Shown here piece after piece: positions 47,475 to 57,563 of a DNA stretch of 64,000 bases. Origin of the DNA: a virus; the IMG/VR virus record IMGVR_UViG_3300042465_009257, positions 64,001 through 128,000 of that record. The stretch is one strand, 5' to 3'. A model generated the notes under the pieces. It did not search any database. It was not told the DNA's origin and saw only the letters and a program-made list of their open reading frames with translations. A program made the translations under genes and the position numbers. The stretch's first letter is position 1, and the number at the start of each line of letters is the position of its first letter.

Positions 47475-49268
47475 TTAAAAAACCGGACCTGTAAAGAACT
47501 GGCGTGAAGTATTTACTGGGTTTGACGGATTGACCGGATCATAAGCTCCTCCACTAGGCGATCCGGCTACTGGTGTATAAGGTAAAGTGGTCGTCCATGC
47601 GTAGGCATTCCCACGGCTGTAGTGGGCAATACCAGCTAGTCCCTGAATCGTTGGCGACTGACCTTGACCAAATGCTCGGATATTTTTATTATACATTGCG
47701 TCACGAATCAGGAAAGTTACTCCACCGCTGCATTTCAGCCCGTTAATGTTTACGCGGTCTTTGACATTATACGGAACGGGATTAAGGGCAACTGTTGAGT
47801 ACGCTCTGCTAATTAAAACGCCAGTTCCGTAGCCAAAGTAACGTGTAGAATCATTAGTTGCATTGTATGTAATTGCATTTACCGCCGTTACTTCTGATTC
47901 ATTTGCAAAATCTACTCCAGAAAGTCCATCTTCATAATATAATGCGCCTCGTGCAGGGTCTTGCAGTTGCCAGATATTCAAACTCGTTAAACTAATATTA
48001 TTTCCGCCTGTGCTATTTTCTTCAACATGGATACCAACGACCGGACCTTCAATGTGAATATTTGAAACAGACATATTTCCTTGCGCCTTAATTCCGATCA
48101 GTGGATATGTAACAACCCATGCAGGTTCTGGGTCCGCAGGCGCAACATTCCAAGCTGAGCTGATTCTTTTTACCATGCTCATGTCGATTGTTCCAACATT
48201 GACACTCGCGTTATTGGTAGCATATGAAAAATAAATAGGTATCATATCACGAACAGTACGCCCGGTAATCCAGAAATTTTTAATACTTAGACCGTTGACA
48301 ACTGATGCTGGATAAGACCCTCCTGCGACCCTATGGGAGCAGAACCCAATTCCAAACCCAGTTGGATTTGAAATAACAACTTCATCAATAATTGAACATT
48401 CCTCGACATTTCCTTTAGAGGAAATCCCTGAGATTCGTTTATTAGTTAAACGGTAGGCAAACGAAGCGTAGTAACATTCAATTAAGACTCCCGTAACTTG
48501 ATTGCGATAAGTCGCTCCACCTCCAGGTCCTCCAATCCAAATAACTGCTCCGTGATTTGGCACATCCAGTGAAGGGTTATCCCAGACATCCGACTGAAGC
48601 CAAGTGTCTGCCACCCATTCAGATGTGGCAGTGATAGAAGTTTGCGCTGAGCCTGATCCTTTGATGTGAATGTATCCGCCATGGCAGTCGATTGGTCTCG
48701 CAACGTAGTAGATGCGTGGGCCAAGGCTGACGGTAGTCCCATGCCAATCAGGATATGTTAAACCAACGGCTCCGGCGCGGGTAGATGACTGAATCGCGCA
48801 GTTGATGGCAATGTCGTGACGGTCAGTTTGCAAGCCCCACCACTCAGGGTAGACTTCTGTTCTGCCGAACATTCCGACGATATCTCCTGCATCAAATCCG
48901 CTAAAGATCTGACTTCTATCGGCCAAGCACTGGCCAAAGAATTTCAAGGTAGATCCAGAGCCTTTTATTAATTTAAAAGTATTAAAATCAATTGTTTTTT
49001 CTACTGGAATTACTGTAGATCCAGCAGGAAGAGTAATATTTGCCCCAAGTCTAAGAGTTAAAGTTCCAGCTTCCGCTAAAGCGCTTGTTAATTGAGCTTG
49101 AGTAGTAATAAATCTTAAAGAGGAATCGGAATTAGTCTGTAACCAATTTTGCATTGCCGCCCGATCAGCCTTTGAATCTCCACTACTATCAATAAGATAA
49201 GTAAAGGCCGCACTACTAGGAGCGGTAGCTAAAGGTAAATCGCGAATTCTGTCTCCTGCTGTTGCCAT
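47475..49268 (-). CDS. tailspike, pectate-lyase-like beta-helix
   Basis: N-terminal RIRDLPLAT anchor-like segment, PEWWG...DIAINCAI, G.YY...PI...IKGSG and beta-helix periodicity. Confidence 0.7.
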   Translation of the reverse strand: MATAGDRIRDLPLATAPSSAAFTYLIDSSGDSKADRAAMQNWLQTNSDSSLRFITTQAQLTSALAEAGTLTLRLGANITLPAGSTVIPVEKTIDFNTFKLIKGSGSTLKFFGQCLADRSQIFSGFDAGDIVGMFGRTEVYPEWWGLQTDRHDIAINCAIQSSTRAGAVGLTYPDWHGTTVSLGPRIYYVARPIDCHGGYIHIKGSGSAQTSITATSEWVADTWLQSDVWDNPSLDVPNHGAVIWIGGPGGGATYRNQVTGVLIECYYASFAYRLTNKRISGISSKGNVEECSIIDEVVISNPTGFGIGFCSHRVAGGSYPASVVNGLSIKNFWITGRTVRDMIPIYFSYATNNASVNVGTIDMSMVKRISSAWNVAPADPEPAWVVTYPLIGIKAQGNMSVSNIHIEGPVVGIHVEENSTGGNNISLTSLNIWQLQDPARGALYYEDGLSGVDFANESEVTAVNAITYNATNDSTRYFGYGTGVLISRAYSTVALNPVPYNVKDRVNINGLKCSGGVTFLIRDAMYNKNIRAFGQGQSPTIQGLAGIAHYSRGNAYAWTTTLPYTPVAGSPSGGAYDPVNPSNPVNTSRQFFTGPVF

Positions 49269-49276
49269 AATGTTTA

Positions 49277-49303
49277 TTACAATTCTTTTTTAAAAAATGG
49301 AAA
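49277..49303 (-). promoter_or_regulatory. class II promoter TTTCC-N17-TGTAA
   Basis: 8 nt before the tailspike ATG. Confidence 0.75.
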
Positions 49304-49343
49304 AAAATAAAGAGCCGCCCCGGAACTTTCCAGAGCGACTCTT
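49301..49343 (-). terminator. intrinsic terminator after the tail tube gene
   Basis: AAGAGTCGCTCTGG-AAAGTT-CCGGGGCGGCTCTT followed by TATTTTTTT. Confidence 0.8.
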
Positions 49344-49396
49344 CATAAACCTACTCAGAGAATTCCAAGGGGGTCCATAGGGAAATTTATCCCCTA

Positions 49397-50476
49397 TTAA
49401 GTGTTTGCGATACCAGACATAAACAATCCATTCAGAGAATCATTACCGCCACCGACAGTTCCTTGGAAGTTCATTGTTACCGTGGAAGCGTCCCCACCGA
49501 TAGAGAAATCATGAGCTTGGCTTTCGTAAGAGAGGTTTTTCAGGCGGAAAAGAGAGGCAACTGCGCCAGTTCCAGAACAGTTTGGACGACGGATGGTGAC
49601 ATCAACACTATAAGATCCGGTTTCACAAGCAAAAGTGGACAAACGCCCAGCCGTCATATCTTTTGCAAGGAATTCAACCGCAAAAGTTACAGGGATAACA
49701 TCAGCAATAATACTATCTTTACGATAGAAAGCGCCGAGACATTGCTGCTGCTGACGACCGAACTCAACTCCAATATCTACACTTTGCACGCAGGCATTGG
49801 CTAAATCGTAGAAAACCCCAGACGCGCCGGAAAGGTTGACGCTGATATCGCGGGGACGGAGAATTGGGTCGCGACCACCGAAAGCATTTCCAGAAGCGGT
49901 CGGTAGAGTAAATGTACCAGTGGCAATCGCTCCAGTATTTACGTTAATAGCGGGCAAACGCTCAGCACTAGAATCAACGTAGTATTCCGCGTCAACAGCC
50001 TCAAAAGACATGGAAACAGTAGGATAAGAGCCGACTGCCGCATTAAAATTATACGAAGAGATCGTAGCATTTCCGAAACCAATACAAGGAGTAGAGCCAG
50101 GAACTGCGCCGATAGCATCAATCCCATCCGAAGAAATCATCGCAAAAATGTTACGTTCATCTTTCGTTCCGTCAAGAAGATTTGAAAAAGCGCCGCTGAT
50201 AGTACTATCAGTGATAAATCCGAAGCTTTTCTCGTTATCGAAATTACTTAGGTAGTAAGATAGATCAAAAGTCACTACGGGAGCAGCAGGATCTTCGCGA
50301 CGATCAGCGGCACGTTTACCGAAGACCAGGATATCTTCCTTAGAGGTTGCGAAATTGTAACCAAAACTCTGAGTTCCGTAGATCTCTTTAATATTGGCGG
50401 TAGTATGTGTTCCAGTCGCAGGAGATGGGCCTGCGTAAAGGACAACGTTGGAAGAGGCGATTTTTTTGCGTGGCAT
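49397..50476 (-). CDS. major tail tube protein (putative)
   Basis: 359 aa, beta-rich with two repeated halves; own promoter and terminator; upstream of chaperones and tape measure. Confidence 0.68.
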   Translation of the reverse strand: MPRKKIASSNVVLYAGPSPATGTHTTANIKEIYGTQSFGYNFATSKEDILVFGKRAADRREDPAAPVVTFDLSYYLSNFDNEKSFGFITDSTISGAFSNLLDGTKDERNIFAMISSDGIDAIGAVPGSTPCIGFGNATISSYNFNAAVGSYPTVSMSFEAVDAEYYVDSSAERLPAINVNTGAIATGTFTLPTASGNAFGGRDPILRPRDISVNLSGASGVFYDLANACVQSVDIGVEFGRQQQQCLGAFYRKDSIIADVIPVTFAVEFLAKDMTAGRLSTFACETGSYSVDVTIRRPNCSGTGAVASLFRLKNLSYESQAHDFSIGGDASTVTMNFQGTVGGGNDSLNGLFMSGIANT

Positions 50477-50499
50477 ACAGTAAAATTAGTTAATATTCT

Positions 50500-50526
50500 T
50501 TACAATCAGTCGGTTTTAAATGGAAA
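50500..50526 (-). promoter_or_regulatory. class II promoter TTTCC-N17-TGTAA
   Basis: 23 nt before the tail tube ATG. Confidence 0.78.
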
Positions 50527-50551
50527 TTTTAATTTTTGTTTTTTAATTAGC

Positions 50552-52168
50552 TTAAGGGGCCACTATTGGAGGTGCAGTTACAATGACTAAACGAGGGCGA
50601 ATAGAGGCAACAAGATTATTAGCTGAATTAAATTGTAATCCATCTCCACTACTTTCATCAGGCCCTTGAAGTAGCCAACCATTATTAGAAGATGGAGTCG
50701 TAACCCAGCCTTGTACGGTAGCTACATTTAGATTTATTGTGCAAAATCCAGTATAATTATCCAAGCCTTGCCCTACAGGAGTGGGACCATAAATTGTTTC
50801 AGGAGTACTTACAGCATCTACGTTATTAGCGCTGATTCCATTTACAAGGGTATCCCAAGTATCTGTAGCTACCCATGGAATTAAGATCTTATGCATTACG
50901 AAGCCAAGCCCTTCAGTTCCGATAAGTATTTCCAGATAAGCCTGGATTACTATTTGATCTGTAGGTATAGATGATAAATCAAACTGAATAAATGCTTGTC
51001 TTGTTCTAGAGACAGTTGGATAAGCCGAATAATCCCAGTCAACCACCAAAGTTGTTGATGTTCCATTCGCAGTAGTAGGAAGACTTGAATCTAAATACGT
51101 ATCAACATTTCCCGTGTAAGATGATACCCCTTGTTGAAAACTATAAGTAGTAGGTGCTCCCAATGAACGATCAAAGCGAAAAAGTGGATAATTCGTACTA
51201 GTCCCGCCGTGTGTTGTAACGTATTCAGAACAGGTATAATAATATAAACCAGATGAGTCAAAGCAGATTGCTTCCCCCTGAGGTTCTGCGTTGGTTTGAA
51301 CAGCTTTAAAACCACTTGCTTTTATTCCTGTCGCGCATGGCATTTGAGTTGGCGCAGTCGCCAAAGCATCATAAACGGTTTGAGTTGATGGATTGCGGGA
51401 AAAACGAGAGACTTTATCGTAAGAGCGAACTAGAATTTCGGTTCCATTTGGGGAAATACAGCCCCCGGTCGCATACCCATCATTACCAGAAGGTGTGGTG
51501 GAAAGTGTATTAAAAGTAGCATCTGCCGAAAGTTCCCCCATGTAAGTCAGCGTTTGAGTTCCGGTGTAACTCGCGGCCCATGACAATTTATAACATAAAG
51601 TTGGTGTAATTCTCTTTGTAATAATAAAAAGATCTCCAGTAAGAGGGTCTATAATCGCCGCCTCAACATCTTTATGCGTAGGAATATTCCCTCCTGGAAA
51701 GGCACAGACGATTTCTTCCCAATCAGTTCCGCTGGCTAAAGTCCCATCACTTCCTGTGACAACTGGCTCTTTTATCCGAAATACTTTAAATGTAGCCCTG
51801 GCATTGGCATTATCACCAGTATCCAGTAAATATACATAAGCGATGCCGCCGCGCCGAACTGAGCCGCATTCTTCTACGTCAGAAACACTCGCTCCAGTAA
51901 GAACCCACTTTCCTGCATTGGCGGCAGTGGCGCGATTAATGGCGATAATATGAGGATTTGCGCCGTCCTCAATTGCCCAAATATAATTCTTATTTTCTTG
52001 ACGTTGAGCAGTAGCTAATCCAGAAAGTTCAACATAAGCAATCGGTAAATTGCCAACCTTGACTGGGCCATAAAACCACCCTTTTTTACTCTGCTGTGAA
52101 GCAGCAGGATGCCCTGATAAGCTGACAACCGATAAGAGTAAAAAAATAATAAATAGAATACGATTCAT
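50552..52168 (-). CDS. signal-peptide protein: beta-propeller plus C-terminal DNRLRE/CBM96-like domain
   Basis: MNRILFIIFLLLSVVSLSG signal; ELSGL, DTGDN, DVEA, QGEAI blades; DTYLDS..P...FIQFDLS.IP...VQGW...NNGW...RPRLVI. Confidence 0.65.
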   Translation of the reverse strand: MNRILFIIFLLLSVVSLSGHPAASQQSKKGWFYGPVKVGNLPIAYVELSGLATAQRQENKNYIWAIEDGANPHIIAINRATAANAGKWVLTGASVSDVEECGSVRRGGIAYVYLLDTGDNANARATFKVFRIKEPVVTGSDGTLASGTDWEEIVCAFPGGNIPTHKDVEAAIIDPLTGDLFIITKRITPTLCYKLSWAASYTGTQTLTYMGELSADATFNTLSTTPSGNDGYATGGCISPNGTEILVRSYDKVSRFSRNPSTQTVYDALATAPTQMPCATGIKASGFKAVQTNAEPQGEAICFDSSGLYYYTCSEYVTTHGGTSTNYPLFRFDRSLGAPTTYSFQQGVSSYTGNVDTYLDSSLPTTANGTSTTLVVDWDYSAYPTVSRTRQAFIQFDLSSIPTDQIVIQAYLEILIGTEGLGFVMHKILIPWVATDTWDTLVNGISANNVDAVSTPETIYGPTPVGQGLDNYTGFCTINLNVATVQGWVTTPSSNNGWLLQGPDESSGDGLQFNSANNLVASIRPRLVIVTAPPIVAP

Positions 52169-52169
52169 A

Positions 52170-53909
52170 TTATTGCAGATTTCCAGAGATTACAACGGCA
52201 TTGGTGGCGTAGCTCATTATATCTACGACAGCGAATTGACCTTGGGTGGAGAGAAGAGTTCCGAAACTATTAATGGTCGCCGAAGCTCCTGGCGCGAGAG
52301 TAACAACGCCCGCTCCCCCTTGAACGATTTTGCAGGTAAAGTTCGCGGCGAGACCACTTGGAACAGTAAGAGTAATAGCTGAAGCATTTGTAAGAGTCAC
52401 AACCTTATCTTTATCAGAAGCTTGAAGAGTATAAGTAGTTCCTGTTTGGGCATTAATACCCCCAAGTGTAGCCCATTGTGGAGCAGTTGCCCCAGCATTA
52501 ACTTGCAAAACTTGTCCAGCTGTTCCAATTGCAAGCCGAGTCGCTGTGTCGGAACCAGTCCCATAGGCAAGATCTCCAGCTACATTCCATAATACATCAG
52601 TAGCCATATTCCCGCCTGAGGAAGGAGTCTGCCATGTTGCAGTTGTCCCACTTGTTGCCATTAGAACTTGACCATTAGTTGGAGCGGTTGCGGCTGATAC
52701 GCTTACAGTGGTGGTCGCAGATCTTAAAGCATTAGAAGTTCCAGCTGTAAATCCATTAGCAGTTCCGCTAATATTCGTTCCAACCAAAGTAGAAGGAGTT
52801 CCTAAATTAGGATTTATTAGGGTTGGCGAATCATTCATGACAACGAATCCCGTTCCTGTTTCATTAGAAATTACTCCTGCAAATTGGGCCGAGGTTGTGG
52901 CGGCAAATTGACTAAGGGGATTAGTAGTTAAAGCGTTTCCTGATGTAGCAGGATTTTGCCAACTTGCGACGCTTGAACTTGTGGCCGTTAAAATTTGACC
53001 AGCACTAGGAGCAGCAGAGGCCGATACACTGACAGTCGTAGTAGCAGACTTTAATGCATTGGAAACGCCAGAAGTAAGATTAGCAGCAGTTCCACTAATG
53101 TTTGTTCCGACTAAAGTGGAAGGAGTTCCTAAATTTGGAGCAATCAGAGTAGGATTATTGTTCATAACAACAAAACCAATTCCCGTTTCATCTGAAATCG
53201 CATTGGCAAAATTTCCACTGCTAGGAGTTCCCAAAAAGGTGGCAACTGCTGGCCCTAAACCGCTTACACCAGTACTGATTGGCAAGCCCGTCGCATTCGT
53301 TAAAGTCACGCTGGTCGGAGTTCCTAAAATTGGAGTTACTAAAGTTGGGGAGGTATTATAAACTAAAAGATTAGTTCCTGTTTCATTTGACATAACTCCG
53401 GCGAGTTGGGCGGAAGTCGTTGCCGCAAACTGGCTGAGAGGATTTTCCGTTAAAGCATTCCCTGATCCAACCGAAACAGTTGCCCCGTTAATTCTAGCTT
53501 TTAAAGCATTTGCGGTAGAATCATACCATAAATCACCGTTGACAAGAGTTGATGGATCAGAGGCTACCGCGCCGACATTAATGCCCGCCACTGTAGCACC
53601 AGGATTAAAACTAATGCGGACATTATCAAGCCAAGTCGCCGCGCCATTGACGGTCAAAGACGCGAAAGTCCCCGCGCCTGGAGTCACTGCCCCGATTGCG
53701 CCGGGTGCCCCCATCATTGTAGAAAGCAACGTACTATAATAGAGATTTTGGGTGGCATTGGTTCCAGAGTCCCAAAATAGAAAGGCATCCCCGGCGGCGG
53801 GGGTAGAATTAGTTGGGTAATCAGTTCCAGACCCTTGTTTCTTCCACGCGCCAAAAGAGGAGGTCGTAAGAGCCAGGACTAAAATCAGAGAGAGATAGAT
53901 TTTATTCAT
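52170..53909 (-). CDS. fibre-like protein with signal peptide
   Basis: MNKIYLSLILVLALTTSSFGA signal; repeats ATTSAQ.AGV.SNETG and LGTPSTLVGTNISGTA; GDLAYGTG..RLAIGTAGQVL; INAQTGTTYTL C-terminal domain. Confidence 0.7.
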   Translation of the reverse strand: MNKIYLSLILVLALTTSSFGAWKKQGSGTDYPTNSTPAAGDAFLFWDSGTNATQNLYYSTLLSTMMGAPGAIGAVTPGAGTFASLTVNGAATWLDNVRISFNPGATVAGINVGAVASDPSTLVNGDLWYDSTANALKARINGATVSVGSGNALTENPLSQFAATTSAQLAGVMSNETGTNLLVYNTSPTLVTPILGTPTSVTLTNATGLPISTGVSGLGPAVATFLGTPSSGNFANAISDETGIGFVVMNNNPTLIAPNLGTPSTLVGTNISGTAANLTSGVSNALKSATTTVSVSASAAPSAGQILTATSSSVASWQNPATSGNALTTNPLSQFAATTSAQFAGVISNETGTGFVVMNDSPTLINPNLGTPSTLVGTNISGTANGFTAGTSNALRSATTTVSVSAATAPTNGQVLMATSGTTATWQTPSSGGNMATDVLWNVAGDLAYGTGSDTATRLAIGTAGQVLQVNAGATAPQWATLGGINAQTGTTYTLQASDKDKVVTLTNASAITLTVPSGLAANFTCKIVQGGAGVVTLAPGASATINSFGTLLSTQGQFAVVDIMSYATNAVVISGNLQ

Positions 53910-53930
53910 TTTTAAATTATTTAAATAATA

Positions 53931-55433
53931 TTATGCTAGAGTGAGGGAGACGGATCTGACTACGCCATCAGAGCCTTTCAGTCTGAGAGTTAATGAGGTA
54001 TTACTAGTTGCCTCGACAACAAGGTCACCGTTGCTAGCTGGAATTACAGATGCCAAGGGCTGCTGTACGAAAGTTCCATTATTTGTAATTTTAACCGTTT
54101 TACCATTTGCGTTCGCTTCAAGTAAATTATCGCATGTAACACTAGTTGAATTAAGAACAATTCCTTTATGACCATTTGGAACTGAAACCCCCACCTCAGT
54201 AGAGCCAAGGGCGGCTCCAGCAACCATTATTTTAGCTACAGAAAATGTACATACACTTGATATATTATTAGAATCTAACATTCTTAAAACAGTAGTGCCG
54301 CCTAATATAAAATCAATCCCACGATTATCAGCGTAAGATCCGCCTTTCTCCGTCCCAATCCTTAGAATATTACTTGTCCAGCCAAATGTCGCCCGGTCAA
54401 AATTGGTGGCTGGGGTGGCGTCAGTAGAATTATAAACGCGGAATGTTTGAGCGTTACCAATATTACGCTGGGCTAGAGTTCCGGTTGCATCTCGAAATAA
54501 AAATAAATCGTTGCCGCCGTTGTAATTATTATTTACGTTATTCCACCCAATACGAGCGGTACTAATTAAGCTAATACCGTTATAGTTCCCAGTTGGATGG
54601 TAAATATTATTTCCAATTAATGCCCCATCTGCCCCAGCGATATAAACATTACCGCCTCCATGGGCAGAAATTCCCGCCCCTCCACCGCAATAGATTAATC
54701 CTGATTTATTTACAGTAAACTTACTTATCCCACCAACTTGCAAATCTATCAAATTTGATGAAATATTCGACGCCGTATCAGTCACATTCAACTTCACACT
54801 TGTAAACAACTGCTGAATCGTCCCCCCGGAAACCCAGGTAGCCGTAGTAGCATTTGCATAAGAAACTGAAGTCGTAGTAGAAGCAGTCACCACAAAAGTC
54901 CCGTTATATCCAGCTGGATTGATACTCGCGACGACAATAGTAGATCCAACCACTATCGCGGCACTTTGCGCGGCAAAAGTAATAGTCGCAATCGAACCCG
55001 TGCCGCTTGCGCCCGTGACGGTGATATTACTATTCCAAGTTTCGGCGATGTCGAGTTTGGCCGTTGGCGCGGGATTACCGATACCAATTTTATTATCATT
55101 AACAACCAAAGCATTACTTCCGTAAGTCCCCATTGTAATTTTGTCCGTAAAATTAGATTCAACTTCAACAATAGGCAGGCCCGCCGCGTCATTGACGGAA
55201 AATACAACCCCAGTCACACTATCGGACACGCCGAATAATCTGCCGTAAGAGCCGTCAACAGTAAATCTATCCAAGAAGCTTTCCCCGGTAGTGTAGCTGC
55301 TTATATTCAAGCCGCCAGCATTATCGTAAGACAATCGCGGCGCGGCGGAAAGGGGGGAAATTCCGCTGAAATTCGGCGATTGTGAATCGAAAATAATAGC
55401 GCCTGAAGCGGGAATCATTAATATATTTGCCAT
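53931..55433 (-). CDS. tail fibre-like protein
   Basis: IGIGNPAPTAKLDI, TLAQRN..AQTFRVYN modules shared with 57564-62416. Confidence 0.72.
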   Translation of the reverse strand: MANILMIPASGAIIFDSQSPNFSGISPLSAAPRLSYDNAGGLNISSYTTGESFLDRFTVDGSYGRLFGVSDSVTGVVFSVNDAAGLPIVEVESNFTDKITMGTYGSNALVVNDNKIGIGNPAPTAKLDIAETWNSNITVTGASGTGSIATITFAAQSAAIVVGSTIVVASINPAGYNGTFVVTASTTTSVSYANATTATWVSGGTIQQLFTSVKLNVTDTASNISSNLIDLQVGGISKFTVNKSGLIYCGGGAGISAHGGGNVYIAGADGALIGNNIYHPTGNYNGISLISTARIGWNNVNNNYNGGNDLFLFRDATGTLAQRNIGNAQTFRVYNSTDATPATNFDRATFGWTSNILRIGTEKGGSYADNRGIDFILGGTTVLRMLDSNNISSVCTFSVAKIMVAGAALGSTEVGVSVPNGHKGIVLNSTSVTCDNLLEANANGKTVKITNNGTFVQQPLASVIPASNGDLVVEATSNTSLTLRLKGSDGVVRSVSLTLA

Positions 55434-55451
55434 TTTAATTATTTATTAGTT

Positions 55452-56138
55452 TTAGAGTAATCCAAATCTGGATTTAGTCGCGTTAAAATTTTGTTTGATT
55501 TCTTGAGGAGATAAGGCTCTGTTGTAAATAGATGTTTGAGCAATATTACCTTTCCAAAAACTATTGCCAGCAACACTTCCATTTCCAATCCATGGACCAT
55601 CAGGAAATCCCGCAGATGATCCAGCAGATGATTGAGATAATAATACTGAATTTACATATATTTTAGCGGCTCCATCATAAACTGCGACTGCATTATACCA
55701 AGTATTGATTAAAGGCGCATTATTATTATTATTTGTTTGTATAGCTGGACCTAAATATAAATTAAATCCATTTGCGCCATTATTTCCGACATTAATTCCA
55801 AAAAAAGAACCAATGCCACCTCCAACGTAAACCTTAGGACATGCTATCATTGGAAAATTTCCAGCGCCAGAAATAAGATAGACCCAAGAAGATATAGTAA
55901 AAAAACTATTAGATGTGATAATAGATGACGTATCTACATAATCATTTGTCCCATCAAAAACTATATTTCCACCATTAGCGCCACTAAATGTGGAACCATT
56001 AATTAATGTCCCATTATTCCCATTCCCGCTCCGATCAAACCAAGTCGCGCCGCTGCCAGGATAACTTTTCTTATCCGCCGCGTCTAAACATAATACCAAA
56101 CCATTTGTCACAATATCAGGACTGGCGCTAGAACTCAT
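55452..56138 (-). CDS. LamG/ConA-like lectin domain protein 3
   Basis: IVTNGLVLCLDAADKKSYPG, FDGTNDY, IYNRALS..EI.QNFNA. Confidence 0.85.
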   Translation of the reverse strand: MSSSASPDIVTNGLVLCLDAADKKSYPGSGATWFDRSGNGNNGTLINGSTFSGANGGNIVFDGTNDYVDTSSIITSNSFFTISSWVYLISGAGNFPMIACPKVYVGGGIGSFFGINVGNNGANGFNLYLGPAIQTNNNNNAPLINTWYNAVAVYDGAAKIYVNSVLLSQSSAGSSAGFPDGPWIGNGSVAGNSFWKGNIAQTSIYNRALSPQEIKQNFNATKSRFGLL

Positions 56139-56830
56139 ATTCCATACCTCCCTCTTGTGGCGTTGAAGTTTTGGAGGATTTCTTGTGCTGTGAGCGCTCT
56201 ATTGTATATTTTAACGCCACCAATGCTACCACCAAATCCTGAACCTCCAGAACGAGAGCCTATAAGTAAAGGTTGAGTGTGGCCCGTTGGTCCATTTAAA
56301 ATAGAGGAATTGGTGTTTCTTAAAATGCCATTAACATAAATTTTAGCCGTAGTTACCGTTCGATCATAAGTTCCTACTACATGATACCAGTTTCCATCAT
56401 TAGTAACAATTCCAGTAACTACCCAATTATCACTATTAGGTTGTAACATAAAAACTAATTGACCAGGTATTCCAGGTGATCCTAGCGAACTACTAAAAAT
56501 TTGAAGTTGATAGTGACTGTTAATACTAGATTTCTCTATTAATACAGTGTTAAGAGGTGTCGTATATTTTACCCATGTCTCTAAACTAATAGTATTTACT
56601 AAATTTATATTATCGCTATTAGGTACTGTTACATAATCTGTTCCATCAAAACTCAAAGAACCTCCATTGCCACTATTAAATGTTGGGGTACTTACTAATG
56701 TTCCATTATTCCCATTCCCGCTCCGATCAGTCCAAAGCGTTCCAGTCCCAGGATAACTCTTCTTATCGGCGGCGTCTAAACACAAGACCAGCCCATTAGT
56801 TACAATTTTAGGAGAGTGACTTAAGCTCAT
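56135..56830 (-). CDS. LamG/ConA-like lectin domain protein 2
   Basis: Same terminal motifs; WYHVVGTYD. Confidence 0.85.
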   Translation of the reverse strand: MSLSHSPKIVTNGLVLCLDAADKKSYPGTGTLWTDRSGNGNNGTLVSTPTFNSGNGGSLSFDGTDYVTVPNSDNINLVNTISLETWVKYTTPLNTVLIEKSSINSHYQLQIFSSSLGSPGIPGQLVFMLQPNSDNWVVTGIVTNDGNWYHVVGTYDRTVTTAKIYVNGILRNTNSSILNGPTGHTQPLLIGSRSGGSGFGGSIGGVKIYNRALTAQEILQNFNATRGRYGI

Positions 56831-57561
56831 ATTCCGAACCTTCCTCTTGTTGAATTGAAGTTTTGTTGAATTTCTGCTGTAGAGAATGCTCTATTATAAA
56901 ATCGTATTAGCGGTATAGTTCCTATCCAGTTATTTGCTCCGCCACTGGACCTTGAACCAATGTTCCTATGGGTTGTTCCAGCACCTAGTGTATTTACATT
57001 CGGTCTGCCGTTTCCAATCTGATTTGTACTAGTAGTACTTTGTAATACTCCATTTAAGTATATAGAAACGCTAGATCCATTCCAAGAGCATACTAAATAG
57101 TAAAAAGTGTTTGCGAATAATGTTGAAGTAGTTCTTGCTCCTGTATTAAAACCTCCAGCATTGTCAAACCAACCTGATCCATTATTTAAATCTATTCCAA
57201 AAGCTATTACACCAGAAGGATTATAAAGCGCTATCCAAGTGCTATTTTCTTGAATATAAAGTTGATGATAGTTTCCTACTGTTGGTAGTGAATTTGAATA
57301 GCAAATAAATTCATACGTAGCCGAAGTAAATCCTGATTGTATATTTGTTGTCAAATTAACATGATCATTGGTCCCATCAAAAATAATAGACCCGCCATTG
57401 GCACTGCTAAATGTAGGTCCATTTGTTAAAGTGCCATTATTTCCTCTACCACTCCTATCCGCCCAAACAGTGCCGCTTCCAGGATAGCTCTTCTTATCCG
57501 CCGCATCTAAACACAGCACCAGCCCATTACTCACAATCTTATTCTGATAATTACACGCCAT
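56827..57561 (-). CDS. LamG/ConA-like lectin domain protein 1
   Basis: Same terminal motifs. Confidence 0.85.
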   Translation of the reverse strand: MACNYQNKIVSNGLVLCLDAADKKSYPGSGTVWADRSGRGNNGTLTNGPTFSSANGGSIIFDGTNDHVNLTTNIQSGFTSATYEFICYSNSLPTVGNYHQLYIQENSTWIALYNPSGVIAFGIDLNNGSGWFDNAGGFNTGARTTSTLFANTFYYLVCSWNGSSVSIYLNGVLQSTTSTNQIGNGRPNVNTLGAGTTHRNIGSRSSGGANNWIGTIPLIRFYNRAFSTAEIQQNFNSTRGRFGI

Positions 57562-57563
57562 AT

